Source: Sphaeroforma arctica JP610
Taxonomy: Eukaryota
Length of the DNA: 36,683 nucleotides
Assembly (NCBI RefSeq): GCF_001186125.1
Contig: NW_014040371.1
Coordinates: 64,708-101,390 of the forward strand
Direction of reading: 5' to 3'
Position numbers and translations under genes: made by a program
Part shown: piece after piece, positions 23,741 through 35,950 of the stretch
How the letters are laid out: each line of letters opens with the position of its first letter
Position numbering within the stretch: position 1 is the first letter of the stretch
Notes under the pieces: generated by a model
What the model was told of the DNA's origin: nothing
Database searches by the model: none
The model's input: only the letters and a program-made list of their open reading frames with translations

Positions 23741-24054
23741 AAAAAGATAGCATGTTTCCATCGTCTGAAGGAACGCAAGTTAAAACTTATCCGCCTACAG
23801 TATTTATCCCGAGCCATCCTTCATATATGCTTAAGACACTGAAGCGTAAGGAACGTCCAGTCGACCACCACGTACCTACTGGACCTAAGCCCAAAACTCA
23901 CAGGGTAACCGAGAACATTTAACTTCTCCGCCTGAGAAACATTAACTATATGTTATACTACTTAACGTTTTCGACCCGTTTTTCCCTTTTTGACCAATAA
24001 TCAGCTTGAGTGAGCAACTTGCTTCTCTTGGGTCTCAAAGCTGGGTGGGGGCTG

Positions 24055-24822
24055 TGTAATAAGCCGGGCCTCCACATTAGACTCTATGTATAAACGTACT
24101 CTTAAGCAGTTCGAGGAACTTAAGTTTCCTAAACGTACTCTTAATAGTATGAGGAACTTAAGTTTCCTAAATGGTTTTTAATGGTTTTATTAATTAATAC
24201 CTTTTCCATTTTACATATCATATATTTGGACGAGGCCATTAAAAGGCCCCAGTAAAATACCAAACATAAGAGTTGGTTTAGTTCTATTAATATAACTATA
24301 TTTACTTTCCATCTTTATTTAGATCTGAATACTTCGGTAGCGAGATGGCTCAACCGAATATAGGTTTCTAGGGACTATTAACGTTACCTAGTTGATCCTC
24401 CGATCCGCCAGCCAGATGTGCCAGTCTGATGAAGGCTAAGTCGTTAATTCTTGATAAGTGGCAAGTTATTGGTTAAGACAAGAACTAAGGACATCAAATG
24501 TATTTTTTTCTTTTCTTCTAAAGAGAGGATTTTATGAGTCTCTCAGATTCGCCCCAATGAAACATACCATAGTTTCTAATAGAGCGATAACGAAACACTA
24601 AATAAAATCCCTTCGGCGGAAACAGTACTGAGAGGATTATATATAGGCAATGTCTCAGCCTCACAATCCCGCAGAGTATTGCTGTTTTCACGAGGCATAC
24701 CTAACTTTACTAAACGTCTCATTTCGTTTATTTATATCGTTATTTACACGATATACAGAATTTACCTACGCGTTTATTTATTCTAAGGCATTAGTATCGC
24801 CTTTATTAGACCGAATCTTACA
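24055..24822 (+). repeat. 3' LTR of the gypsy element (followed by a second copy of its terminal ~130 bp, 24823-24954)
   Basis: TGTAAT...GAATCTTACA, preceded by the PPT; colinear with the solo LTR at 16772-17535. Confidence 0.9.
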
Positions 24823-26919
24823 ACGAGGCATACCTAACTTTACTAAAAGTCTTATTTCGTTTATTTACTTTGATATTTTCACGATACTTAGAATGTACCT
24901 ACGCGTTTAATTACTCTAAGGCGTTAATATAGCCTTGATAGACCGAATTTTACAGTATAGCGTACTTCAATGCAGTTGGGCAATTAATGCCCCATACCTG
25001 CCACCAGTCAAGTACAATACTACCTTCGCTCACTTCTTTCCAACACTCACTACCTACACCATAGTCCCCACGCCTGTAGAAGTAGTTTGATAGCTCCTGT
25101 ATAATCTTGACAAATAAAGCTTCCTGATACCCCTCCTTGGGAGCCACATTTAGTACACGCCTCAATATCGTATGCACCGCGTTGCGCACATAATAATGTC
25201 CTATCGTTGTCTCATCAATAAATGCCGGATCAAGAGCACCCGCTGCAATATAAAATGTATCATCTCGTACAAATTTCCAATTACCGCGCTTGCCACTGTT
25301 AAGCGTGGCCAATATTAATTCGGCGACATCATTGGCTTCCCCCGTTCCTCTAGTAAGTGCTGTCCATATACTCTCCGCTTTTCGCATAGCCGCAGATATC
25401 TTTGATGCTGTGGGTTTATTAGAATCTGCCAATCTGAGTAGTACAAGGATTGGGGACATGATGTTAAGTATGGTTTGTATCTTGTCCCACCAGGGTGTCG
25501 AACTAACCCACGATCTGACATCCTGGTATCGTCGAATCATTGCTTGTAATTTCTTATCTGAGCACTTATCTTTTATGTACGCCACATATTTCCGTGCGTA
25601 GCTAAATTATCCTGAAAGTTATGTATATCAGCTTGCAGAGGCGTACTTTGACGGTCTGCGGATGTGAATTCATCTATCTAAGCCATTAATATGGGACATG
25701 ACCAGAATAGTTTTGTTACAATGTCGCATTCATCCAGTACTTCTGCTATTATAGGCACAGCACAGACCTTCTCCATGACCAAATGCATAACATGCATTGA
25801 GTCATGGCTGCATGATATCCATGGTCTCGCTTTCTCGACAATAGGTCAGGCTGAGGTCATATTACCAGTAGTATCTGTCACTATAAGAAACACATACTGT
25901 CTTTCAAACGGCAATGTGTCTAAAATATCTACCAACATATCCGCATGGCATTTAGCAGTTTTTGTTATACCATCAAAAGTGTACTTTTTGGAATTAAACA
26001 TACCCACATGATGGGGTCGTACCTATCAGCCAACTTAGTAACCACATTCATGAGTTGTTCTTGGTGCACTGTGGCACCATCTATCGAAATTGTAGCACTC
26101 GTTACTGGCATTAGCTTAACAAACAACGTTGTGATTTCTTCTTTAGCTTTTTTCGTCTCTAGAGGTACATATATTTCGGAATACTTGTGTCTATTGATTA
26201 TTGGGTGATTTGGTGCAGCGCGTACTGCACTCAGTACTTCCTTGAAGTATTGGCTGTCTAGTACCCTGTTTGCAAGCCCGTGTCGTACAAAGAATTTTGT
26301 CAGTGCCGAATCTAGTTTATCCCCAGACTTGATGTCTCCAGGAAGATAGGACGCCTTGAACTTCTTATGCATTCCTTTCATTGGGAACATAGGTACATCT
26401 TCTAAAATACATTGTTTTTTGACAGGGGGTGTACAATTAGTATCATCCCCGTCACAACACTAAGCATTCAGATCAATAGTCACGGTTGATCGTTTGTTTG
26501 CATACGATTTCTTTGCTAACGTTGAGACATGAGGCGCGGTATTCATCACTATTGCTCTATATTCAATGCAGACTGCAGCGCTCTGTTTTGAGCAAGACAT
26601 AACGAGCCTTCGTCTGCATTCTGCACTCGATTCTTTTAACATCGTTGACTCGCATGCATTGCATTGCAACAGCGTCACGTTCATCCCTCCTTCCTTCACT
26701 ATTTTAAATTTAAAGTACACGAATGAAGGACATGATTTCCTGCCAAGATTACCGTACACTCTGGGAGCCGTAATGACTATCATGTGGCTTTTATTGTGCA
26801 CTGTTACTTGCTATTCTGATATATCTAGTTTGTAGACAGCTCTATGTAAAGTTTATTAGTTTTCATTGTCTAATTTTCAAATTTCAATTTTACGTTCACA
26901 AAGTCACGAACAATCGGCT

Positions 26920-27240
26920 CTGTTCACTGTTCAGTTCTCACTGTTCAGTGTTCACTTTCAGTGTTCACTTTCAGTGTTCACTTTCAGTGTTCAGTGTTCA
27001 GTGTTCAGTGTTCAGTGTTCAGTGTTCACTGTTCACTGTTCAGTGTTCACTGTTCACTGTTCACTGTTCCGTGTTCAGTGTTCAGTGTTCAGTGTTCAGA
27101 GTTCACTGTTCACTGGTTCAGGGTTCTCTGTTCACTGTTGACTGTTCACTGTTCACTATGTCCAGAGTTCAGTGTTCACTGTTCAGAGTTCACTGTTCAG
27201 TGTTCAGTGTTCACTGTTCAGACTTCAGTATTCACTGTTC
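26920..27240. repeat. Heptamer satellite (TGTTCAG/TGTTCAC)n upstream of the hAT transposase
   Basis: Dozens of visible TGTTCAS units. Confidence 0.9.
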
Positions 27241-28229
27241 TTAACCTACAGTGAATCTATATTGCTGAATGATAAAGATTTATATATCATGGGTGTGTGT
27301 TTAAAGTTTTATCGAGCGTATGATATGATTGGTTTAGAAAACTTTTGTTTGTCATAGTTTCCGACCGCCTATTTCCGACCGTCGTCCGACATGTCGGAAA
27401 TAAAACCATGTTTAGAACAATGCCGACGAGGCGGAAACAATTCCGACCATCGTCTTTTTCCAAGTCAGGTGCTTTTATAACTATATTTTTTTTGTAAAAA
27501 ACGACCATGCACATCTCCTGAAATCAGCACATGGCCATTGGCCACATGCAATTATGTGGTATGCCATAAGCCCACAAGTCCAAACGGCAAACAGTGCGAC
27601 GCCGACACGGCTGGCACTTAACTGTAAAATCTAAATATTTACACTCAATATTTAAAATTTTACATACATGTCATTTTTATTGTGTTATTTAGAGATCATC
27701 AGATGAAGTCATAAAGAATATGATGAAATGGTATTCGATGCCAATAAATATAAATATAATAATTTTGCGCTCAAAATGATGTCCTATCGTTGAGAAAGTT
27801 GGCATATATTTAGAGGTATATATGAGTTACAGACTTGCTATCTTACAGCTGTCCTTTTTTATTATTTTAAATTCAACGGATTCATTTAACTTTACATTTG
27901 AACATAGCCTTCTAAATTAGACATATATATAGTAGTACATACATAGTCGAATTTTATTATTATTCTTGTATTTGTTTTTATATAAAAACAAATAGTCCCG
28001 ACTCCCCGGTCATCCGGAAAGTCAGCCAAAATTAATAGCCCCAAAAAATACCGAACTTTCAAAAATAAATAAATTGGGCGTAGCCCTATTTTCTTATCTA
28101 ACATTACGCGTGTTTTTGAAATTCTTTTATATAACCTCGCTTTTTGTGAGACACATAGTAGTTGTAAGTAGCTATCACGATAGGTGTCGAGGGTCTACGC
28201 CAAGAAGTGTTGGTGGACGGGGTATCGGT

Positions 28230-28450
28230 GACTAAACTTTGTCAAAAGGGCGAACATATATCAAAAATACGACCACATACTGAGGAAAAACACTGTATTA
28301 CAGATGATTCTTTCCTTATACGTGTTGCATTAGCTAGAACGTGCAAAAATTATAGGAGTGCGGCAGAGATTGCAAATAGTATTCACGTTCACAATTCTGG
28401 TGGTATAACGGATTGACAGAGGCGATTGTCAATGTGTTTACGTCATATAG
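28230..28450 (+). pseudogene. Possible Tc1/mariner transposase N-terminal (HTH) remnant
   Basis: RP...T.D..LIR.A....RSAAEIAN.I resembles the Tc1 DNA-binding region; no catalytic motifs seen. Confidence 0.25.
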
Positions 28451-29416
28451 CCAACAGTGTACGAACAATCTTGGATGCACACCAATATTCGTGTTTGATG
28501 GGCAGATAATTAAAAGGCTCTGAAGAGGTTGTTGTGAGAGGCCCATTGATACATCATACCTTCAATGCTGCTGGCGTCATGTATCCAGCCGCTATGATCA
28601 ATGCCTTACAGATGGAACACGCGCGGCTCACGGATGTGTTCACTAAGGTAAGTGGCTGCCATTTTGCTTTTCATTTGAGGACTGATACATAATTCTATGT
28701 TGTAATTTTTACTCAAATCCTTCTATACTGAAAACCTTGATGAACTTGTCATGCTGTGGATCGCTAACCCGCACCTGGATGATATGGATACGGCGCACGA
28801 TGAATACCTATCGTCGTCGGCTATAGTGCAAGTTATGAGTGGAAAAGCCTGTCAGAGTGGAAGACCAAATGACGGTGTAAAATAATGCACAAGCGAATTG
28901 GGTTGAGAAAAAATCTCGATATCACCCCCCCCCCCCGGTATTAACATCAAGTCCGTTTCCGTACTATCGACATAAGCAAGTCCGGAAAGTCACAGGCAGC
29001 CTCAAAAGCCCAATGTAGTTATTTACAGCACTTAAATAGAAATAAATTGTATGCGATGTCTAAATTCGCTCCAATTTCAATTTAAATTCATCTACTTGTA
29101 CTCACAACCAGATAGCGGACTGTATTGAGTAGTGTCTGTAGAGGTAAAATTACATGTGGTGTTGTTGTTGATTTTCGAAACGTAAAATATAAGTCGCGAC
29201 CAGGGCGATTTAAAATAGACCCCCCCCCCCTCCTCCTATCCCTTTCTCAAAACACTTTGAATACATAATGCTTTACTTGATTCGGATCGTCTGTTCGCGC
29301 TGTGTAATATCACATTTTGCCCGTCAACAGGTCTCGTTGACAGGTTGACGTCTTTAGGCTATGAGCTGACATGTGACATCCATTTATTTTGCGTTGACAC
29401 CAAACGATTTTGCGCA

Positions 29417-31286
29417 CTATAATCCGAACATGCTAAAGGGTGAAGCGTACGCCATGGGCTTGACATTGGGGTGCGGCTGGTAGGAGGACAAAGGAAAACA
29501 ATGGGTCATGGGGTGTGTGAGGACAATTAGTTCAAGAGTATGGGGCTAAAAATAGGCAAATACTCGCGTGCAATTGCGATGAGGACAAACTTGTTATGCG
29601 AATCAATAGTAACCTGTGAACACATGCGTCATTGTGCTGGCCTGTAGCAATGAGAAAATCATTTCGAGAGTATATGATCCTGCTGTAACCTCTTGGAGCG
29701 CTTGATGTTGACTACTGTTTCAGAATTCTCAGTATATGCGCGTGTCAATATATGCTCATGCACAATAAATCTTGCTTACTATACCAAAACCAAGCGAGCT
29801 TACACACAATGTTTCGGTTCAATGACTCTTGTCGCGACTACCTACAACGCCCCGATAAAAGGAAAGACATTCTTCTACCCAACTATACCATGGTGCCCGG
29901 CCAATCACATTTAAATATGTACCATTCATCTTGTGTTTGATACGCAACACACGTATTATTATAATTGCGCCTACGCCAGTCTGTATAGTGATTCTGAGTG
30001 TAGCACATACCACAGACCCGAACGTTGTGAACTTGGGCGTGAAGTCATCGCCCCTGACCGTGATGAAAGCTCCTTTGTTGCCCATCTGATCACTGTAGGT
30101 ATCAACCAATGGTAGAGTTAATTCTAATTCAAAGTCAGTATATGAGATAGCTCACATGGCAAAGTCCGTATATGAGATAGCTTACATGTCACTGATACGC
30201 TAATCGACATGGAGAGGCCGTTACCGCAAAAGAAACTTACGAGGATGGATATGCACTAGATAACACATGCGTTCTGAGACCCGCTACCTATATGGAACAT
30301 AGGCAGCGGTTGCGTAGTTGCCTAGTAACCGTTGCCAGGCAACGTGTGAGGCAGAGCATGCGTCGTGTACGATACGACAAGTCTAAAACACGAGAGCTTC
30401 TCATTGAGATTGGGCACGTGCAACCGTAATAGATAAAGAGTATACTGGCAACTTGGGGGGAGACATCCCTGATCTGACTGTTGATGACGTACTGCGCGAT
30501 GCGTGCTGCTGGGCAGGATCCACGCAGCGCATGGGCCACTGAGTCACAGTCTATCAAATACTGAGTAATGTATCAGAATACATGCGCGCGTGAGTGTGAG
30601 TGTGTGTGTGTGCGTGCATGTGCGTGAATGTGTTCGTATGTGTTTGTATATATGCCCATAGCGAGAATAGGTGTCAAGACATACCAGTAGTTGGGTGCTG
30701 AGAAGACGGTGATGCACTTGCCGTCATGGTGGATTTCATATCCGTTGTCCTTCACCTCGTGACTACGTACCACATAATCTGTGACCCAAAGACAGAGTGA
30801 GTTCAATAAAATATTGTTATAACAAGTGTTGAGATAATTGCATTGGGAGAGCTCTGTATATATATATACGTAAGCGTTAATTAACAAGTGCATACATATT
30901 CCAAGGCCACACAGAACTAGACAGTGTATGGTTGAATAACATATAACGTATACATCGCAGTTCACCAGTGAGTTTCCCATACCTAGACCGTTTAGTTTGC
31001 AGAATGCATCTGTGACATCAGGTCCGAAGTGCAGACCCACACCACGCTTGGACGGCGCACGACCAGGCAAGATCTGAGGGTCAGCCCACAGCATCTCACA
31101 CATGAGTCCTGAAAAAAGAAATAGGTACATGCCACGCAAATGTGTGAATACTTTGAATATATATATACATATATATAAAACAATGATGGGAGAATGAGGC
31201 AATCGACGTATAGATAGCCTAGACTACTACGCACAGAGATACTAATAAAATATCCATCATATATATATATTTATACATACATACGT

Positions 31287-31328
<42 letters not shown>

Positions 31329-34300
31329 CAAAAGCTTGGGATAACAAACACAATACTTGATTGGTCAGGCACCTCAATCCCAGGGGGTAAATACTTGCGC
31401 AAAATCTATACTGGCGATATGAAGTACACAAAGCTAGAAGGAACCTGAATCCCCGCTTATCGGGCTATTGCATTGCGCACACACATGTCAGCGAACACAT
31501 GATCGCTGAGTTGGCATAAAAGGACACATGCCGACTACAGAGAGGGTTGTGCATGACATAGACAGTTGTGTCAGTCTGACGGCTTTGCGGAAGAGCTATT
31601 GCTCACTAAGGTGTGGGTACATACGGATACAGCAACATGCACCACACCAGACAAGCAAGCACAGACCACTTGCTGTGAACCACCAGACAAGAACGCACAG
31701 ACCACTTGCTGTGAACCACCAGACAAGCACGCACAGACCACTTGCTGTGAACCACCAGCCAAGCACGCACAGACCACTTGCTGTGAACCACCAGACAAGC
31801 ACGAACAGACCACTTGCTGTGAAGCATCAGACAAACACGCACAGACCACTTGCTGTGAACCACCAGACAAACACGCACAGACCACTTGCTGTGAGCCACC
31901 AGACAAGCACGCACAGGCCACTTGCTGTGAAGGCTCGGTCACTACGCTAGCCCCACCTGCAGCACAATGGCATGTCACGTGATAGACGCTCAGGCAATGC
32001 GTGTACGTATACGCGTTGGGTACATGTGCAAGTATGTTCTAACTGGTACATACAGAGCCCCTACGTACCTGAATCTGGGGGCTCGCGGAAGCGATCAACC
32101 TTCCTCAAATCATTCAAGGTGACCCCGTCCTCACTGAACAGGCCTCCGTGCACGCACAGCACCTTGCCGGCGATGCAATGGGCCAGAGGCACCGTCCTGA
32201 ACACTTCGTGGAACAGCTCTACCATGATATCCGATCCCTTGGCCTTGACCTCGCCATCGAATCCGTACATCTTGTTCATGTTGGTGCTCTCGTGGTTGCC
32301 TCGGGCCATGTAGAAGTGCTCGGGGTATAGCAGCTGTGCCAAGGAATGGGGTGTGGGGAGGTGTGTGTGTGTGGGGTGTATATAAGAGGGTGTTATCAGG
32401 AGAATCCTTTGTGCTCGGGGTGTAGCAGCTGTGCCGAGGAATAGGGTGTGGGGAGGAGTGTCTGGGGGGTGGTGTATATAAGAGGTGCTATCACGAGAAT
32501 CCTTTGTGCTCGGGGTATAGCAGCTATTGAGTGTGAGTTGAAAGTGGTGTGTGAGCATATGCAGACGAGCGTGCTATTATAAACTGTGGGTCTAGGCTAA
32601 AGGAGTGATACAAAAAGACGGGTAAAGGGCAATAGCTTTGATCGCATGCGTCAGAGGGAGCGTCAGACAACCCTGGTGCCCTGAGTATATGAACTAAACA
32701 GGCATAGGAAGCGAGAAGAAGTGCGTGTGTACACAGGGGAAAATCTACCGTGCAACGTGACACGGGCGACTATATCGGATAGGAAGTGGACTATCCGGTG
32801 TACGACCACTCACTTGGCAGCCCTCGAAACTAGAAGGTTCGCAAACACGTTAAACACATGGGAGTTCGCGCAACACTTTTGTGCAGAGACAGCAACCCTG
32901 CGAGCCTGGACAGCGCAGAATCGGTCACGACTTTCGATCCCGTTCTCAACAGCAAGGTGCGGCATGGGCACACCTACACTACACACCTTGTAACTGAACA
33001 GCACCAGGATCACTTCTACACACCTTGTAACTGAACAGCACCAGGATCACTTCTACACACCTTGTAACTGAACAGCACCAGGATCACTTCTACACACCTT
33101 GTATCTGAACAGCACCAGGATCACTTCTACACACCTTGTATCTGAACAGCACCAGGATCACTTCTACACACCTTGTAACTGAACAGCACCAGATCATTCN
33201 CAGCTAGTACNACNNCACGAGTACNCTACTACTACNCTACGTAGTACAGAACCTAGTACGTACGTAACGTACGTACGTACCGTAACGTACCGNNNNNNNN
33301 NNNNNNNNNNNNCCAACCTACGTTAACGTGGTAACCAAGGACGACCAGGAGTACCTACTTCTACACACCTACTAGTCTGAACAGCACCAGGATCACTTCT
33401 ACACACCTTGTAACTGAACAGCACCAGGATCACTTCTACACACCTTGTAACTGAACAGCACCAGGATCACTTCTCCACACCTTGTAACTGAACAGCACCA
33501 GGATCACTTCTACACACCTTGTAACTGAACAGCACCAGGATCACTTCCAGCGAGAACGAGCCTCTGTCTACAAAGTCGCCGTTAAACAGGTAGGGATTGG
33601 TCTCGGATGGGGTGCCATTGAGCTCAAAGATATTTAATAAATCGTAGTACTGTCCGTGTATATCTCCGCAGATGGTGAACTTGCCGTCTTTGGGCACCTT
33701 GACGTCCACGAGTGTACTTTGCGCCTTGAAATAGGTCATGACCTGCAACATTCCAAAATAAAAATTAGGAACGTCCCAAAACAGAAAATTGGGAGTCGTA
33801 AATAATAAAGGTCTGGCGCAATTGGTGGGATTTAGTGTATACAAGTGACTTGTACCGGCTTGAAAAACACGGATAATGACATAAAGAAGCGAAGTCCGAT
33901 GGATGGACAAAAAGCACAGAACACGCGCCTGTACATACTTACAGTAACATACATACACACACGAATCAGTCACGTCTTATGACACGGATAAAGAACACAG
34001 AACACGCACCTGTACGTACTCACAGTAACACACATACACGCGCAAATCAGTCACGTCCTGTGATACGGACAGGCAATAGCCACACACCTGCAGAAGGATC
34101 TGATACACAAACTTGCGGTGCAGTCGCCTCTCGGACTTAAAGTGCGTCTTGAGCTCCTCTACAAACTCCTTTGTGATTTTGCCATCGACCAGGCGAGGCC
34201 CTTCGTACGAGTCTTCTACGTGCATGCTATCCACATCCAACCCCTCCGCCACACTCTTGGCTCCCTCCCTGTACAGTTTATAAGCGTAAGTGTGTCAGGC

Positions 34301-35728
34301 CTGATACGGACACGCTGTTGACACGCACGATAGCTGGTAGTCAATGGTATGGTAGTTGAAGAGATCAAACATTTATATGCAGCAGTGTATATACATGCCC
34401 TCCTATGTGTATTTTTTGTGCAAGGCATGAGCCGATGTTAGCATAAATTGGGTATCTGCGTCCAGAAACTTGCACGTTGTGATGCCAGTAATCGGTTTTG
34501 ACTGCTGAATTAGGTTAGGTATTTTTTTTTGTTCTGTTTGTACGATTGGCCAGAGTGTGGCAGCTCAGCTTCGAGAGTCCATCAAACCGGTAAACTGTGG
34601 TACACATCTTGCCATGTGCACCTGTCTACATTTAAACAGGCCAATAAGAACCTTGTTTGTCAGTTGCATGCGTACTCGGCTTACCGATCCGATGAGATCG
34701 CCTCCTCGAAGAGCATCTTATTGACCAGCGTTTGACACTGTTTGAACTTCTTCTGTGCGTCTTTGTCGCGTGGCTTGGCCTTTGCCACGCGATGGAAGTC
34801 TCTCAGAGACTCCTTGTAGTGGCCCAGCGCAAAGTTAGCCGAGGCTCGTCGGTAGTAACTGTGAACAAGGAACGTATGGCGTGGGTATAGGTGTGTGGTG
34901 ACATGGTACTACTGTGCAGTGGACAGTATAACAGGGGTAGTGCTGATGGGGTATAGATGTGTGGTGACATGGTACTGATGTGCAGTGGACAGTAGAACAG
35001 GGGTAGTGCTGGTGGGGTATAGATGTGTGGTGACATGGTACTACTGTGCAGTGGACAGTACAACAGGGGTAGTGCTGGTGATGATGCAACGGTGGAGGTG
35101 CATAGTGTAGGTACACCCAGTGTACTTGATTCGTACACCATCTGCATGCTACACAGCCCATCACTTTATGGTATATACTACTTGACAGCCGAATATCTAC
35201 AGTACAGTGGTATTGCAATCGACTACACGCAGCTTTGGATACAGAAAGGCGCCTTTAAACCAGTCACTCACTATTCAGGCATTGATCTCATAGCATTGTG
35301 GAATGATACTGTGGAAAAATTTGATGAAATCAAATCGCCCATCTCAAGATACAACTCACGCACGTCCCTTCCAAGGACATTGAATATACGTTGCTAAACC
35401 CACGCAACGATCAAGGACTGAATCATGCATACATACATACACATATACCTACATACCTACCTACCTACTTACATGCATGCATGCATACAAACATACATTT
35501 ATACATATATACATACACACACAAATACATACATACATACAAACATGCATACATACGCTTTGACAAACTTGGGGTCGATCTCGATACATTTATCAGCATC
35601 TACGAGGGCATATCCGAATGCTTCCGTTTTGATATATGCGAATGAGCGGTTAGACCAATACGAGGCTACAGTGGGGTTGAGGTCAATGGCTGCAGAGTAC
35701 TTCTCGATCGACTCGTGGAAGTGGCCCG
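29417..35728 (-). CDS. PPP5C: Serine/threonine protein phosphatase 5 (TPR + PPP catalytic domain); first exon outside the window or not found
   Basis: Exons 35728-35557, 34858-34685, 34268-34088, 33742-33518, 32333-32069, 31108-30983, 30778-30685, 30092-30011, 29476-29417, phase-consistent GT-AG. TPR motifs ([15 protein letters not shown]), GDIHGQ, GDFVDRG, RGNHE, HGGLF, WADP, RSHE, SAPNYC and the PP5 C-terminus [11 protein letters not shown]. Confidence 0.96.
31643..31931. repeat. Intronic minisatellite, 36-bp unit, ~8 copies
   Basis: Unit accaccagacaagcacgcacagaccacttgctgtga. Confidence 0.95.
32316..32525. repeat. 95-bp tandem repeat duplicating a PP5 splice acceptor and exon start
   Basis: gtgctcggggt(a/g)tagcagct at 32316, 32411 and 32506. 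Confidence 0.85.
32980..33547. repeat. 37-bp tandem repeat made of a PP5 exon 3' end plus splice donor; contains low-quality sequence and a gap
   Basis: Unit cacttctacacaccttgtaactgaacagcaccaggat (minus strand: [10 protein letters not shown] + GTGTGTA), about 10 readable copies. Confidence 0.92.
34885..35080. repeat. Intronic minisatellite, 66-bp unit, 3 copies
   Basis: tgtgtggtgacatggtact...cagtggacagta recurs every 66 bp. Confidence 0.9.
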
Positions 35729-35764
35729 CTGTGCATTAGTGGGGAACACAAGGTCGTTCGTGTG

Positions 35765-35950
35765 TTAAGTATACAGACAAGGATTGTGGAATATATAGTA
35801 TTTTAATTATATTGACAAGGATTGTGGAGTATATAGTATATTAAGTATATTGACAAGGATTGGGGAATAGATAGTATATTAAGTATATTGACAAGGACTG
35901 TGGAATAGATAGTATATAAAGTACATTGACAAGGATTGCGGAATAGATAG
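35765..35950. repeat. Intronic minisatellite, 38-bp unit, ~5 copies
   Basis: ttaagtatattgacaaggattg.ggaatagatagtata. Confidence 0.85.

Larger units (their letters stand above)
21305..24954 (+). mobile_element. Internally deleted Ty3/gypsy LTR retrotransposon with pol order RNaseH - N6A-methyltransferase - integrase - GPY - chromodomain-like
   Basis: Truncated 5' LTR starts TGTAATA at 21305 (to ~21388); G-rich PPT at 24037-24054; 3' LTR from 24055; flanks ATAT/GTAT (imperfect 4-bp TSD) lie inside the hAT ORF. Confidence 0.88.
19383..26801 (-). mobile_element. Degenerate hAT DNA transposon (BED-like finger, DUF659-type catalytic core, dimerisation domain, long C-terminal extension), split by a gypsy insertion
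   Basis: QCNAC...LVMSC (26460-26801); ISIDGAT..LMNVV; IVTDTTGNM..PWISCSHDSMH; LLRLADSNKP, ALDP, DWWQVWGINCPTALKYAI (to 24955). Continues in frame at 21304 downwards as IISQTACSGMAERE...TKTRTRL. Element ends are uncertain. Confidence 0.85.

Noticed and set aside
26866..27357. Overlapping SVQC/FTV-rich ORFs
   Set aside because: Artefacts of the heptamer satellite.
28000..28088. TIR-like end (minus strand TAGGGCTACGCCC)
   Set aside because: No partner TIR or TSD found in the window.
31566..31982. Cys-rich repeat ORF ([12 protein letters not shown])n resembling a metallothionein or keratin-associated protein
   Set aside because: It is a 36-bp minisatellite in a PP5 intron, open in several frames on both strands because the unit is a multiple of 3.
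33200..33375. ACGT/TACG-rich patterned sequence with scattered Ns
   Set aside because: Looks like low-quality read-end noise at a contig gap inside the 37-bp array.
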